Part shown: positions 56,510-64,000 of the stretch, in pieces
Layout: every line of letters starts with the position of its first letter
How positions within the stretch are numbered: position 1 is the stretch's first letter
NCBI GenBank assembly: GCA_017470115.1
Contig: JAFUEZ010000004.1
Span: 76,891 to 140,890 of the forward strand
Origin: Bacilli bacterium
GTDB taxonomy: Bacteria > Bacillota_I > Bacilli_A > RFN20 > CAG-826
Reading direction: 5' to 3'
DNA length: 64,000 nucleotides
Translations under genes and position numbers: made by a program
The notes under the pieces: generated by a model
What the model was told of the DNA's origin: nothing
The model's database searches: none
What the model saw: only the letters and a program-made list of their open reading frames with translations

Positions 56510-57875
56510 TATAAAACTTCTTTCTAAAGATAAAGTAGATAACTGCCGCAATTACTACAATTGCTAATGCGACAATATAGCCCCAATTAGATGGTAAGTT
56601 ATCTTTAACTCCGTATGCTCCTTCATAAAGTTCACCAAAAGCACCATTAAGTGCGTTTCCGATGAAAGGTCCGATTACCATTGGAAGAGCAACAACAAAT
56701 ATCATTCTTACACCTAAGAAAGTACCTTCTTTTCCTTTTGGAATATACTCTCTGACAATAGCATTTAAAATCGTTGGTACAGAAACGTAACCCAAAATCA
56801 TTACTAACCCACCTGTTGCACCAAAAACTGTACGTAAAGTATCGTTTTGAATATATGGAATAAAGAACATTAACAGGAGTCCTGTTCCTAAAATTCCAAA
56901 AACAGGCGCAATCATCTTCTCTTTTCCTACTTTATCAGCTATAAAACCAACAAGAACACTTAAAGCAGATCCTATAATTAAAGAAACTGCCATAACTATA
57001 ACAAAAGGAGAAATTCCACCAGTGTTTGAAATGCTACAAGATTTCTCAATATAAACCATTAGATATGGGAAATAGACTTGAATTGCAACACTATATATAA
57101 AATAAAGAAGCAGCGTAAAATAAAGCTTTCTATTTTCCTTAATGATACTTGGTCTAAATCCTTCAACAAGAAGTCTTTTAAACGATTGTGATGCATCTTT
57201 TTCTCCACTATCTTTAGGAACAAGGAATAGCGAAATAACGCCAACAAGAACAACGACTCCTCCAACTATATAAAAGAAAAGATCCCATCTATTTCCACCT
57301 TCTTCTGTTGTAAGCCCATTTAATGCAACAAATATCATTAACATAGCTACAAGTGGCAAAATTGATAAGACTCCCTCAACTTTTGCTCTATCTTTATCAT
57401 CAATTGATTTAGTTATATACGAATTAAATGCAGCATCATTTGCGCTCGACCCCAAAAAAGTCATAACGCAATCAATAACAATGACCATAATTGCTGCCAT
57501 TGATGCAGTCATCGCTACGACAAATAAACTTTGACTCGAATTAACATTAAATAAGCCAAATGAAGCGGTCGAAATACCCCACAAAATATATCCAACTGAA
57601 ATTAATATCTTTCTTTTATTTAACCTATCACTTAAAACTCCCATGAACATCGTAGTAAAGGTTGCAACGACCGCACTAGCGGCTGTTGTAATAGCGATCA
57701 TCAAAGAATAATCAAAAGCCTGTTCTGCTGGGGCAGAAAAATTCAAATATGTAATGTAGGTATTTAAATACATATTTTCGATTGCCCACGCAAATTGGCC
57801 AGCCAAACCAACAATTATAATAATTAACCAATTTCTTAAACCAACTTTAGAAACATTTTTCTGTTCATTTTCCAT
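56484..57875 (-). CDS. GPH-family (MFS) glycoside:cation symporter
   Basis: 12-TM protein with GVLSDRLNKRK motif after TM2. Immediately upstream of the GH2 gene. AAAGGAG SD. Confidence 0.8.
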   Translation of the reverse strand: MENEQKNVSKVGLRNWLIIIIVGLAGQFAWAIENMYLNTYITYLNFSAPAEQAFDYSLMIAITTAASAVVATFTTMFMGVLSDRLNKRKILISVGYILWGISTASFGLFNVNSSQSLFVVAMTASMAAIMVIVIDCVMTFLGSSANDAAFNSYITKSIDDKDRAKVEGVLSILPLVAMLMIFVALNGLTTEEGGNRWDLFFYIVGGVVVLVGVISLFLVPKDSGEKDASQSFKRLLVEGFRPSIIKENRKLYFTLLLYFIYSVAIQVYFPYLMVYIEKSCSISNTGGISPFVIVMAVSLIIGSALSVLVGFIADKVGKEKMIAPVFGILGTGLLLMFFIPYIQNDTLRTVFGATGGLVMILGYVSVPTILNAIVREYIPKGKEGTFLGVRMIFVVALPMVIGPFIGNALNGAFGELYEGAYGVKDNLPSNWGYIVALAIVVIAAVIYFIFRKKFYNGSEEKEK

Positions 57876-57921
57876 GTCGATTCTCCTTTAAAAATTAAGT
57901 ACATTACTAATTTTGATTATA

Positions 57922-57948
57922 AAAAACCTTGCAGAACTCAACTATTTT
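57922..57948 (-). repeat. 27-nt intergenic repeat, copy a (25/27 to the copy at 60979, inverted)
   Basis: Minus strand reads AAAATAGTTGAGTTCTGCAAGGTTTTT, about 47 nt upstream of the GPH transporter ATG and followed by TATAAT. Confidence 0.65.
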
Positions 57949-57954
57949 ACAAAA

Positions 57955-58899
57955 TTAGTTGTTTTTTAGTAGTTTTTCAAATTCCAATGGAATCTTTGTT
58001 TTTAATTTATATTCTTTGTTTGTCAATGGATTTATTAAATCTAATTCATAGGCGTGCAAACATAATCTATTGATCGGATTTTCTGGCTCACCATACTTAT
58101 CATCACCAAGCACAAAATGACCTAAACTTCCTAAAGTAACTCTAATTTGATTCTTTCTCCCAGTCATAATATTTACATCAACTAAAGAATATTTTTCATT
58201 CTCTTTAATAACTTTGTACTTAGTAATACACTTTTGGGCAGTCTTATCTTTAGGAGATCCTATATACATTAAATTCAAAGAATTCATTTTCAAATAATTC
58301 GTAATCGTATCTTCCTTTTTTTCAAATTTACCTTCACAAACAGCAAAATATCCTCTCTTTTTTACTAATTCGTTCCGCTTATCTTGCAATGCATCTTTAA
58401 TACGCTCGTTTTTTGCAAAAATTAATATGCCACTTGTTTCTTTATCGATTCTATGGACAACAAAAATACGATTATGACGATCTTTTGCTTGAACGTAATC
58501 CATTACTTGTCTATAAGCAGTAATAGCTTTTTCTTTATCACTAGCAACGCTTAAAAGACCAAATGGTTTATTGATTGCGATAATATCTTCATCTTCAAAA
58601 ATAATAGGAAGTTTTTCTATTGCTTTTTTCTTTATTGGATTTTTAGAAATTATTAATGTATCACCTGGATAGACAACAAAATTGAATTGAGTAACTGGTG
58701 CTCCATCAATTGAAATAAGTCTATGCGCAAGCAAATTCTTAGCATTATTTCTTGAGAACTGTAAATCTTCAATTAAGTATGTTAAAAGTTCGGCCTCTCG
58801 TCTAACTTTAATTTCTTTTATATCAAGTCTTCTTCTTTCCTTTTCGGGCCTTTTTCCATTGTTTCTTGATTTTAAATTCTCTTTATAATTTTTATTCAT
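57955..58899 (-). CDS. RluA-family 23S rRNA pseudouridine synthase (RluD-like, S4 domain)
   Basis: HRIDKETSGILIFAK catalytic motif with an N-terminal S4-like region. Confidence 0.9.
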   Translation of the reverse strand: MNKNYKENLKSRNNGKRPEKERRRLDIKEIKVRREAELLTYLIEDLQFSRNNAKNLLAHRLISIDGAPVTQFNFVVYPGDTLIISKNPIKKKAIEKLPIIFEDEDIIAINKPFGLLSVASDKEKAITAYRQVMDYVQAKDRHNRIFVVHRIDKETSGILIFAKNERIKDALQDKRNELVKKRGYFAVCEGKFEKKEDTITNYLKMNSLNLMYIGSPKDKTAQKCITKYKVIKENEKYSLVDVNIMTGRKNQIRVTLGSLGHFVLGDDKYGEPENPINRLCLHAYELDLINPLTNKEYKLKTKIPLEFEKLLKNN

Positions 58900-58930
58900 T
58901 TTTCTAAAAATATATTACTTTTACAAGGTT

Positions 58931-59911
58931 TTATTTATTTTCGAGCTCTTTTACATAATCCATTGCTAAACAAGCAGCCCCAACAATACCTGCGTCGTTT
59001 TTAAGTGTGGCAACTCTAATTTCTACTTTAGGAGTGTTCTTATAACCGTAATTTCTTTCTTCACAGTATTTAACAACTTTATCTACAAGATAGTCCCCTT
59101 GATTAGAAATACCTCCACCTAACAAGATTACTTGAGGTCTAAAAATATTACACATATTTAAAATACCTTCACTTAAGTATTTAACATATGTATCAATAAC
59201 AATTTGAGCAGAAACATCACCTTTTTTAGCGCATTCAAAAGATGTCAATCCATTTACTTCTTCTAAACTTCTATTTGAATAATCCCGCATCATCGAATGT
59301 CTGTTTTTGATCATTTCGGATTTAGTCATTCTTAACAGTGCTGAAGCTGAAGCATATGTCTCGAAACAGCCTTTTCTACCACAACTACATTGTTCACCAT
59401 CAACAACTATTGTCATATGTCCAAGTTCAGTTCCTTTTCCTTCAACTCCTTCAAAAAGTTTGTCATCAATGACAACTCCGCCCCCTACTCCAGTTCCCAA
59501 AGTAAGCATAACAACATTATCGTACTCTTTCGCTGCGCCAAATCTTTCTTCACCAAGACAAGCAACAGAGGCGTCGTTTGATAAACAAATAGGTAAGTGC
59601 AAATCACTTAAATAACTTCTTAAATTAAGGTTTTCAACACCAAGATTGCATGCATAATCAATGGTGCCTTTTTCGTTATTTACTACTCCAGGAATACCAA
59701 AGCCAATACCTTTAACAGCATAACCATGCGCTTTTGCATATTTTGTATGTTCTCTAATTAATTCTTTCATATCTTGAAGTAAGACGCCTGGTCCACCTTC
59801 AAGTGCGTTAGTTTTTCTTGTTGATTTATAAACAATTGAACCATTTTCAGTAACTAATCCGGCTTTAATAGACATGCCACCAACATCTAAACCAATATAT
59901 AAATTTTCCAT
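58931..59911 (-). CDS. glcK: ROK-family glucokinase
   Basis: IGLDVGGMSIKAG ATP motif and ROK zinc motif CSCGRKGCFETYAS. No N-terminal HTH, so a kinase and not a repressor. Confidence 0.88.
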   Translation of the reverse strand: MENLYIGLDVGGMSIKAGLVTENGSIVYKSTRKTNALEGGPGVLLQDMKELIREHTKYAKAHGYAVKGIGFGIPGVVNNEKGTIDYACNLGVENLNLRSYLSDLHLPICLSNDASVACLGEERFGAAKEYDNVVMLTLGTGVGGGVVIDDKLFEGVEGKGTELGHMTIVVDGEQCSCGRKGCFETYASASALLRMTKSEMIKNRHSMMRDYSNRSLEEVNGLTSFECAKKGDVSAQIVIDTYVKYLSEGILNMCNIFRPQVILLGGGISNQGDYLVDKVVKYCEERNYGYKNTPKVEIRVATLKNDAGIVGAACLAMDYVKELENK

Positions 59912-60074
59912 ACAAAAAACCTCTTTATATTATTTTTAATTTTACCAAATTTATAAATGTATTTATAACTTTAATTTAAATGTATGTCATTAGAAAATAA
60001 AAACTTGTAAAAACGTATTTAAATTTACATAGTAATTTATGAAAACACCTTTGACTTATGATAATATATAATGC

Positions 60075-60893
60075 ATGGTACAAGATTTCTTTAATACAAA
60101 TTTTGATATGTCAAATAAAAAATTATTTTTACTTGATATGGATGGAACAATTTATAATGAAAATCAAATCTTTGAAGGAACATTAGATTTTTTAGATTAT
60201 GTCGATAAAATTGGAGGAAAATACGTTTTCATTACTAACAATTCTTCAAAATCGGTTGATGATTATGTTGATAAAGTAAATAAAATGGGTATAAAAGCTG
60301 ATAGAAGCAACTTTTATACATCGACTCAAGCAAGCGCCGCTTACATAAAAGAACACTTAGGAGATGTCCTTGTTTTTGCAAGCGGAACAAAATCTTTTGT
60401 GAAAGAATTAAAAGAATTAGGAATCAAAGTTACCACAAGATTTAACAAGAATATAAAAGGAATAATTATGGGGCACGATACTGAACTTAATTATTCTAAA
60501 TTAAGAAAACTATCCGAATTATTATTATTAGATGTTCCTTATATTGCTACTAACCCTGATTTAGTTTGTCCTGTTAGTTTTGGTTACACTCCAGATTGTG
60601 GTTCGGTTGCAATTATGCTTGAAAATGCAACCGGAAGAAAACCAATTTATATTGGTAAGCCAGAACCAACAATGATCAATTATGTCATGAAAAAATTTGG
60701 CTATTCCAAAGATGAAACATGTGTAATTGGAGATAGAGTATATACGGATATAGCTAGTGGATTAAATGCTGGCGTTTGTTCGATATGCCTACTTAGTGGC
60801 GAATCAACTTTAAAAACAATTGAAGAAGACCCAAGAAAACCAACTTTAGTATTCAAAGATATAAAAGAACTTTATAACCAATTATCTAAATAA
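60075..60893 (+). CDS. HAD-IIA family hydrolase (NagD/PNPase-like)
   Basis: LLDMDGTIY and GDRVYTDI motifs. The start may instead be the ATG at 60108. Confidence 0.85.
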   Translation: MVQDFFNTNFDMSNKKLFLLDMDGTIYNENQIFEGTLDFLDYVDKIGGKYVFITNNSSKSVDDYVDKVNKMGIKADRSNFYTSTQASAAYIKEHLGDVLVFASGTKSFVKELKELGIKVTTRFNKNIKGIIMGHDTELNYSKLRKLSELLLLDVPYIATNPDLVCPVSFGYTPDCGSVAIMLENATGRKPIYIGKPEPTMINYVMKKFGYSKDETCVIGDRVYTDIASGLNAGVCSICLLSGESTLKTIEEDPRKPTLVFKDIKELYNQLSK

Positions 60894-60911
60894 CTTACCT
60901 TTGTATTTCTA

Positions 60912-60944
60912 ATTTCATAGATATAAAATATATCTAGATGAAAT
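60912..60944 (+). terminator. hairpin downstream of the HAD-IIA gene (weak terminator candidate)
   Basis: ATTTCATAGATATA-aaa-TATATCTAGATGAAAT (2-nt bulge). No strong T-run. Confidence 0.3.
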
Positions 60945-60978
60945 ATCAAATTAAACACTAAAAGCTCTACATTTCAGA

Positions 60979-61005
60979 AAAATAATTGAGTTCTGCAGGG
61001 TTTTT
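60979..61005 (+). repeat. 27-nt intergenic repeat, copy b (reference copy)
   Basis: AAAATAATTGAGTTCTGCAGGGTTTTT, about 54 nt upstream of the second GPH/MFS transporter ATG. Confidence 0.65.
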
Positions 61006-61058
61006 GAAAAATGTATTTACAATTTACTACATATAAAAACTAACGAAAGGAGATTTTT

Positions 61059-62510
61059 ATGAGTGAAAAAGTAAATGGTGGCGCTCTCAAATTAAACTAT
61101 AAGAGAACGTTCATCATCGGTTTTGCTTTCTTTGGAATCTTATTGATGTGGCAAGTTTGGGACTCCTATTGTTCCTCTTTCTTATCTGAACTTTTCATGA
61201 AAGCGTTTGATACCACTGAATCTACTGATGTTCAATGGTTGGTTGGTATTATGATGGCAATAGATAATTTAGCCGCTTTAATCTTAATGCCTATATTTGG
61301 AAAACTATCAGATAGAACAAATTCAAGATTTGGAAAGAGAATGCCTTACATTTTAATTGGCACATTTGTTTGTGCAGTAGCATTCCCATTTATTCCTGTC
61401 GCTTTCCATCATAACAATTTAGCTGCATTAATTATTTTAATGGTTATTACGGTCATTTTTGCCATGATGTATCGTAACCCTGCTGTTGCTTTGATGCCAG
61501 ATTTAACACCAAAACCTTTAAGATCTAAAGCTAATGGCATCATCAATATCATGGGTTATATTGGTGGCGCAGTTCCTACAGTTTTAGGAATTTTCCTTGT
61601 CTTATCAAAATATTTCACCAACACAGAAGGTGCGGAATGGCAATTCAACAACATCTGGGTTATTGAAATTCCTTTCTTATTAGCCTCGGTTTTAATGGTT
61701 GTTTCAGCACTTGTTCTCTTCTTATTAATTAAAGAAAACAAAGTTAAAGAAGAAATCGCTGAAGATTTAGCTCGCGGTGAACAAGAAGCCGAAATCGAAG
61801 ATAGTGTCGAAAACGATGATGAAAAACCAATGTCAAAAGCAAACAAGACAATGTTAATTCTTATTCTTGTTGCTGAATTCTTCTGGTTTATGGCAGATAA
61901 TGGCGTTTCTACTTTCTTAACAAACTACACACGTTATCACTTACTTGCTTCAACCGGTTCATTAAGTATTAATACAATTATTAGCGGAGTTATGTCTGTT
62001 GTAGGTTTTGCTACTGCAGGTATGATCGTTAAGAAAATAGGTAGAAAGTGGACCTTAACAATCGGCTTAGTCCTCACTGTTTTATCATATGTTATTTGGA
62101 CAATTTTAAGTTTTGCAATGCCACCAGCCGAGCCACAAATCGTCGATGGTGTTGTTAAATTAAATCCTTTCCCAGTTTACATGTTTATAATTTTTGCTGT
62201 TAAAGGTTATGCAATGTCACTAGTTCATGTCAATTCATTCCCAATGGTTGTTGAACTTTGTTCCGCTAAAAAGATTGGACAATTCACAGGCTATTACTAC
62301 GCTTCATCTATGCTTGCTCAAACAATCACACCATGTACACTTGGATTATTAATGTTAAATCCTAACTTCGGATTTGAATTATTACCAATTTATGCTGTCG
62401 GTTGTATGGTAGTTTCTGCTATTATCTTCTTCTTCGTTAAGAACGTTAGACTTAACAAAACTAAAGAAGATGTAAAAGTTGGTTTAGAAGCTATTGGTGA
62501 TAATGATTAA
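61059..62510 (+). CDS. GPH/SLC45-like MFS transporter
   Basis: 12-TM protein with GKLSDRTNSRFGKRMP motif. AAAGGAG SD. Followed 2 nt later by the GDPD gene. Confidence 0.8.
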   Translation: MSEKVNGGALKLNYKRTFIIGFAFFGILLMWQVWDSYCSSFLSELFMKAFDTTESTDVQWLVGIMMAIDNLAALILMPIFGKLSDRTNSRFGKRMPYILIGTFVCAVAFPFIPVAFHHNNLAALIILMVITVIFAMMYRNPAVALMPDLTPKPLRSKANGIINIMGYIGGAVPTVLGIFLVLSKYFTNTEGAEWQFNNIWVIEIPFLLASVLMVVSALVLFLLIKENKVKEEIAEDLARGEQEAEIEDSVENDDEKPMSKANKTMLILILVAEFFWFMADNGVSTFLTNYTRYHLLASTGSLSINTIISGVMSVVGFATAGMIVKKIGRKWTLTIGLVLTVLSYVIWTILSFAMPPAEPQIVDGVVKLNPFPVYMFIIFAVKGYAMSLVHVNSFPMVVELCSAKKIGQFTGYYYASSMLAQTITPCTLGLLMLNPNFGFELLPIYAVGCMVVSAIIFFFVKNVRLNKTKEDVKVGLEAIGDND

Positions 62511-62512
62511 TT

Positions 62513-63247
62513 ATGAAAAAACAAAAGTTCATTGATTCAATAAACCCGATTGCCTTAAAAGGCGTTGCCCACAGAGGATATTGGAATGAAGAAAGAACGG
62601 AAAATGGTATTCCCGCTTTTAAAGCTGCACTTGAAAACGGAATAGCAATTGAACTTGATGTTCATCTTTCTAAAGATAATCAACTTGTTGTTTGTCATGA
62701 TGAAAACTTGATAAGAACGACAGGAAAACAAGGAATTATTGAAGATTTGACCGTTCAAGAAATTAAAGATAATTATCGTCTTTTAGACGGTTCTGAGGTT
62801 CCAACTCTTCAACAAGTATTAGATCTTGTAAATGAACAGGTCCCTATATTTGTCGAACTTAAAACACGGAAGAAAAATAATAAGCCTCTTGCTGCCAGAG
62901 TCAAAGTTGAACTTGAAAGAATTAAAGATAAAAAGAATATTATCTTAATTGCTTTTGACCCTCGAGCTCTCTTTGCATGTAAAGGATTTGGCTATGTTAG
63001 ATCTTTCCTTGTTGCTATATCTCATAAATGGACATGGATTTTTCATTCAAGATTTGAATCAGTCGATGTTGAATACCCAATGCTTGAATGGCCAAAAGTT
63101 AAGCGATATCAAAAGAAACATTTTGTTAATTGTTGGACCGTTGAAACTCCTGAAACTTTAGCTAGAGTAAAAGGTAAAACAGATACAATTACATTTCAAA
63201 AATTAAATTATAAAGATGTTGAACAAACATTAAATAAGGAGGCTTAA
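62513..63247 (+). CDS. glycerophosphodiester phosphodiesterase
   Basis: HRGY...ENGIPAF...ELDVHLSKDNQLVVCHD GDPD motifs. Confidence 0.9.
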   Translation: MKKQKFIDSINPIALKGVAHRGYWNEERTENGIPAFKAALENGIAIELDVHLSKDNQLVVCHDENLIRTTGKQGIIEDLTVQEIKDNYRLLDGSEVPTLQQVLDLVNEQVPIFVELKTRKKNNKPLAARVKVELERIKDKKNIILIAFDPRALFACKGFGYVRSFLVAISHKWTWIFHSRFESVDVEYPMLEWPKVKRYQKKHFVNCWTVETPETLARVKGKTDTITFQKLNYKDVEQTLNKEA

Positions 63248-63262
63248 AAAGCCTCTTTATTT
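63239..63262 (+). terminator. intrinsic terminator
   Basis: GAGGCTT-aaa-AAGCCTC followed by TTTATTT. Overlaps the stop codon. Confidence 0.6.
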
Positions 63263-63311
63263 ATAAAATAATTTAGTTTTGAGGACTTTTTTATAATTAT
63301 TTCTTTTTATA

Positions 63312-63340
63312 TTGACTTTCAAATCTTACAAGTATATTAT
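63312..63340 (+). promoter_or_regulatory. putative promoter of ssrA
   Basis: TTGACT, 17 nt spacer, TATTAT, ending 10 nt before the tmRNA 5' GGGG. Confidence 0.6.
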
Positions 63341-63350
63341 TTTTCTACTT

Positions 63351-63755
63351 GGGGATGTTCTGGTTTCGATTCGGAAGATAGGTCATTAGCTGCAGTGGTC
63401 TGATAGACCATAAGATCAAACAAAAAATAAATGACAAAGAAGTCAAACCATGGATGTTGAACAATGTTCGTACATCTGTTGCTCTTGCTTAATTTTAGCC
63501 AATATTAGTCGCAACTAGTTTTGCGAAAGAGCCCGTTCATTAATTAGTATTCACTCTACTAATTCCTGAATGTCAGATTCTGAGTGATAAGCGCGAAAGT
63601 CTTAACTTAGGCTTAGCGACGAAAACCCTAAAGTTACTATACATTTGCTTAGGGGCCATTCCTTGATTATGTATTAAGATTTGAAAGGCCATAAACTGTA
63701 GGCGCTATTGGGGGATCTTTCGAAGACAGGAGTTCGATTCTCCTCATCTCCACCA
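63351..63755 (+). ncRNA. ssrA: tmRNA (SsrA)
   Basis: 5' GGGGATGTTCTGGTTTCGA pairs with 3' CATCTCC-A-CCA. tRNA-like T-arm GGAGTTCGATTCTCC. Internal tag frame ends ...SVALA-TAA (stop at 63490-63492). Confidence 0.9.
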
Positions 63756-63771
63756 CTAATTAAAAAATTAG

Positions 63772-63810
63772 AATTGTGATACGAGGAATCGGTCACAATT
63801 TTTTATTTTT
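63772..63810 (+). terminator. intrinsic terminator of ssrA
   Basis: AATTGTGA-loop-TCACAATT followed by TTTTATTTTT. Confidence 0.6.
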
Positions 63811-63882
63811 AGGGGAAAAATATTAGCCACTTTATTAGCCGTTTATTCTTATTTTATTAACCACGTCAAGAGAATTAAATAC

Positions 63883-63912
63883 TTGAAAAATGTGTATCAA
63901 AAGTGATACAAT
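63883..63912 (+). promoter_or_regulatory. putative promoter with embedded palindromic operator
   Basis: TTGAAA, 18 nt spacer, TGaTACAAT (extended -10). The inverted repeat TGTATCA-aaag-TGATACA (63893-63910) spans the spacer and -10. Confidence 0.5.
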
Positions 63913-63931
63913 ATTTATGGAGATGATAGAT

Positions 63932-64000
63932 ATGTCTAAAGAGAATAAAAACGAACTGATTCACATTAGAATAGAGCCAACAGTGAAAGAAAAGTCAGAA
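63932..64000 (+). CDS. RelB/DinJ-like antitoxin, N-terminal fragment (tentative; runs off window end)
   Basis: MSKENKNELIHIRIEPTVKEKSE fits the RelB/DinJ N-terminal beta-strand pattern (hxhRhDxxhKxxA). GGAG SD 9 nt upstream. Only 23 aa are visible. Confidence 0.35.
   Translation, partial: MSKENKNELIHIRIEPTVKEKSE

Noticed and set aside
1255-60893. Five HAD-superfamily hydrolase genes in one window (1255, 4433, 16925, 27574, 60075) as a possible system.
   Set aside because: They are dispersed, belong to different HAD subfamilies and sit in unrelated operons. Paralog richness of HAD phosphatases is ordinary in reduced low-GC genomes.
57922-61005. The inverted 27-nt repeats as terminal inverted repeats of a mobile element enclosing the rluA-like gene, glcK and the HAD-IIA gene.
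   Set aside because: There is no transposase, integrase or target-site duplication, and the enclosed genes are housekeeping. A shared regulatory site upstream of two paralogous transporters explains it better.
61011-61043. 10-codon uORF (MYLQFTTYKN) between the 27-nt motif and the MFS gene start.
   Set aside because: It has only a weak AGGG SD-like element. The paralogous leader at 57876-57921 has no counterpart, and the peptide has no regulatory-codon logic. It is probably fortuitous.
1-64000. CRISPR arrays, rRNA operons, IS elements or prophage genes.
   Set aside because: Reading both strands, I saw no regularly spaced direct repeats, no 16S/23S/5S signatures and no transposase-, integrase- or phage-like ORFs.

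Overview
AT-rich, gene-dense chromosomal window from a low-GC Firmicutes/Mollicutes-like bacterium. It holds about 60 CDS, six tRNAs and one tmRNA. I saw no rRNA, CRISPR array, transposase or integrase. The genetic code is standard: RF2 (prfB, with its classical +1 frameshift) is present and TGA ends uvrA, so TGA is a stop and not Trp. Gene order is strongly Bacillus-like. Examples are dnaX-ybaB-recR-tmk-holB-yaaT(ricT)-rsmI, prfA-prmC-tsaC-rpiB, comFA-comFC-secA-prfB, lgt followed by a ppaX-like HAD gene, and rpoE near fba. The rest is housekeeping: trpS, cysS fragment, pgi, fba, ychF, ispF, typA, uvrA, uvrB, secA, trxA, pepF and pepP. Accessory content is limited. It comprises three MacB/FtsX-type ABC systems (one a tandem pair of fused ATPase-permease proteins), two paralogous GPH/MFS transporter modules (with a GH2 hydrolase and with a glycerophosphodiesterase), a ZIP transporter with a divergent XRE regulator, five HAD-family hydrolases and a small membrane-protein cluster. 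I did not find a clear multi-gene novel system. The most unusual signals are non-coding. First, a duplicated ~70-nt leader whose hairpin occludes the Shine-Dalgarno sequence lies upstream of the fused ABC pair and of comFA. Second, the comFA frame has no ATG/GTG/TTG upstream of its zinc finger and Walker A. Third, a 27-nt intergenic repeat occurs in four good copies, two of them facing outward upstream of the two GPH transporters. Fourth, a possible island boundary lies just downstream of tmRNA and begins with a RelB/DinJ-like ORF behind a palindrome-containing promoter. All calls come from reading the sequence and ORF translations by eye. No database search was run.
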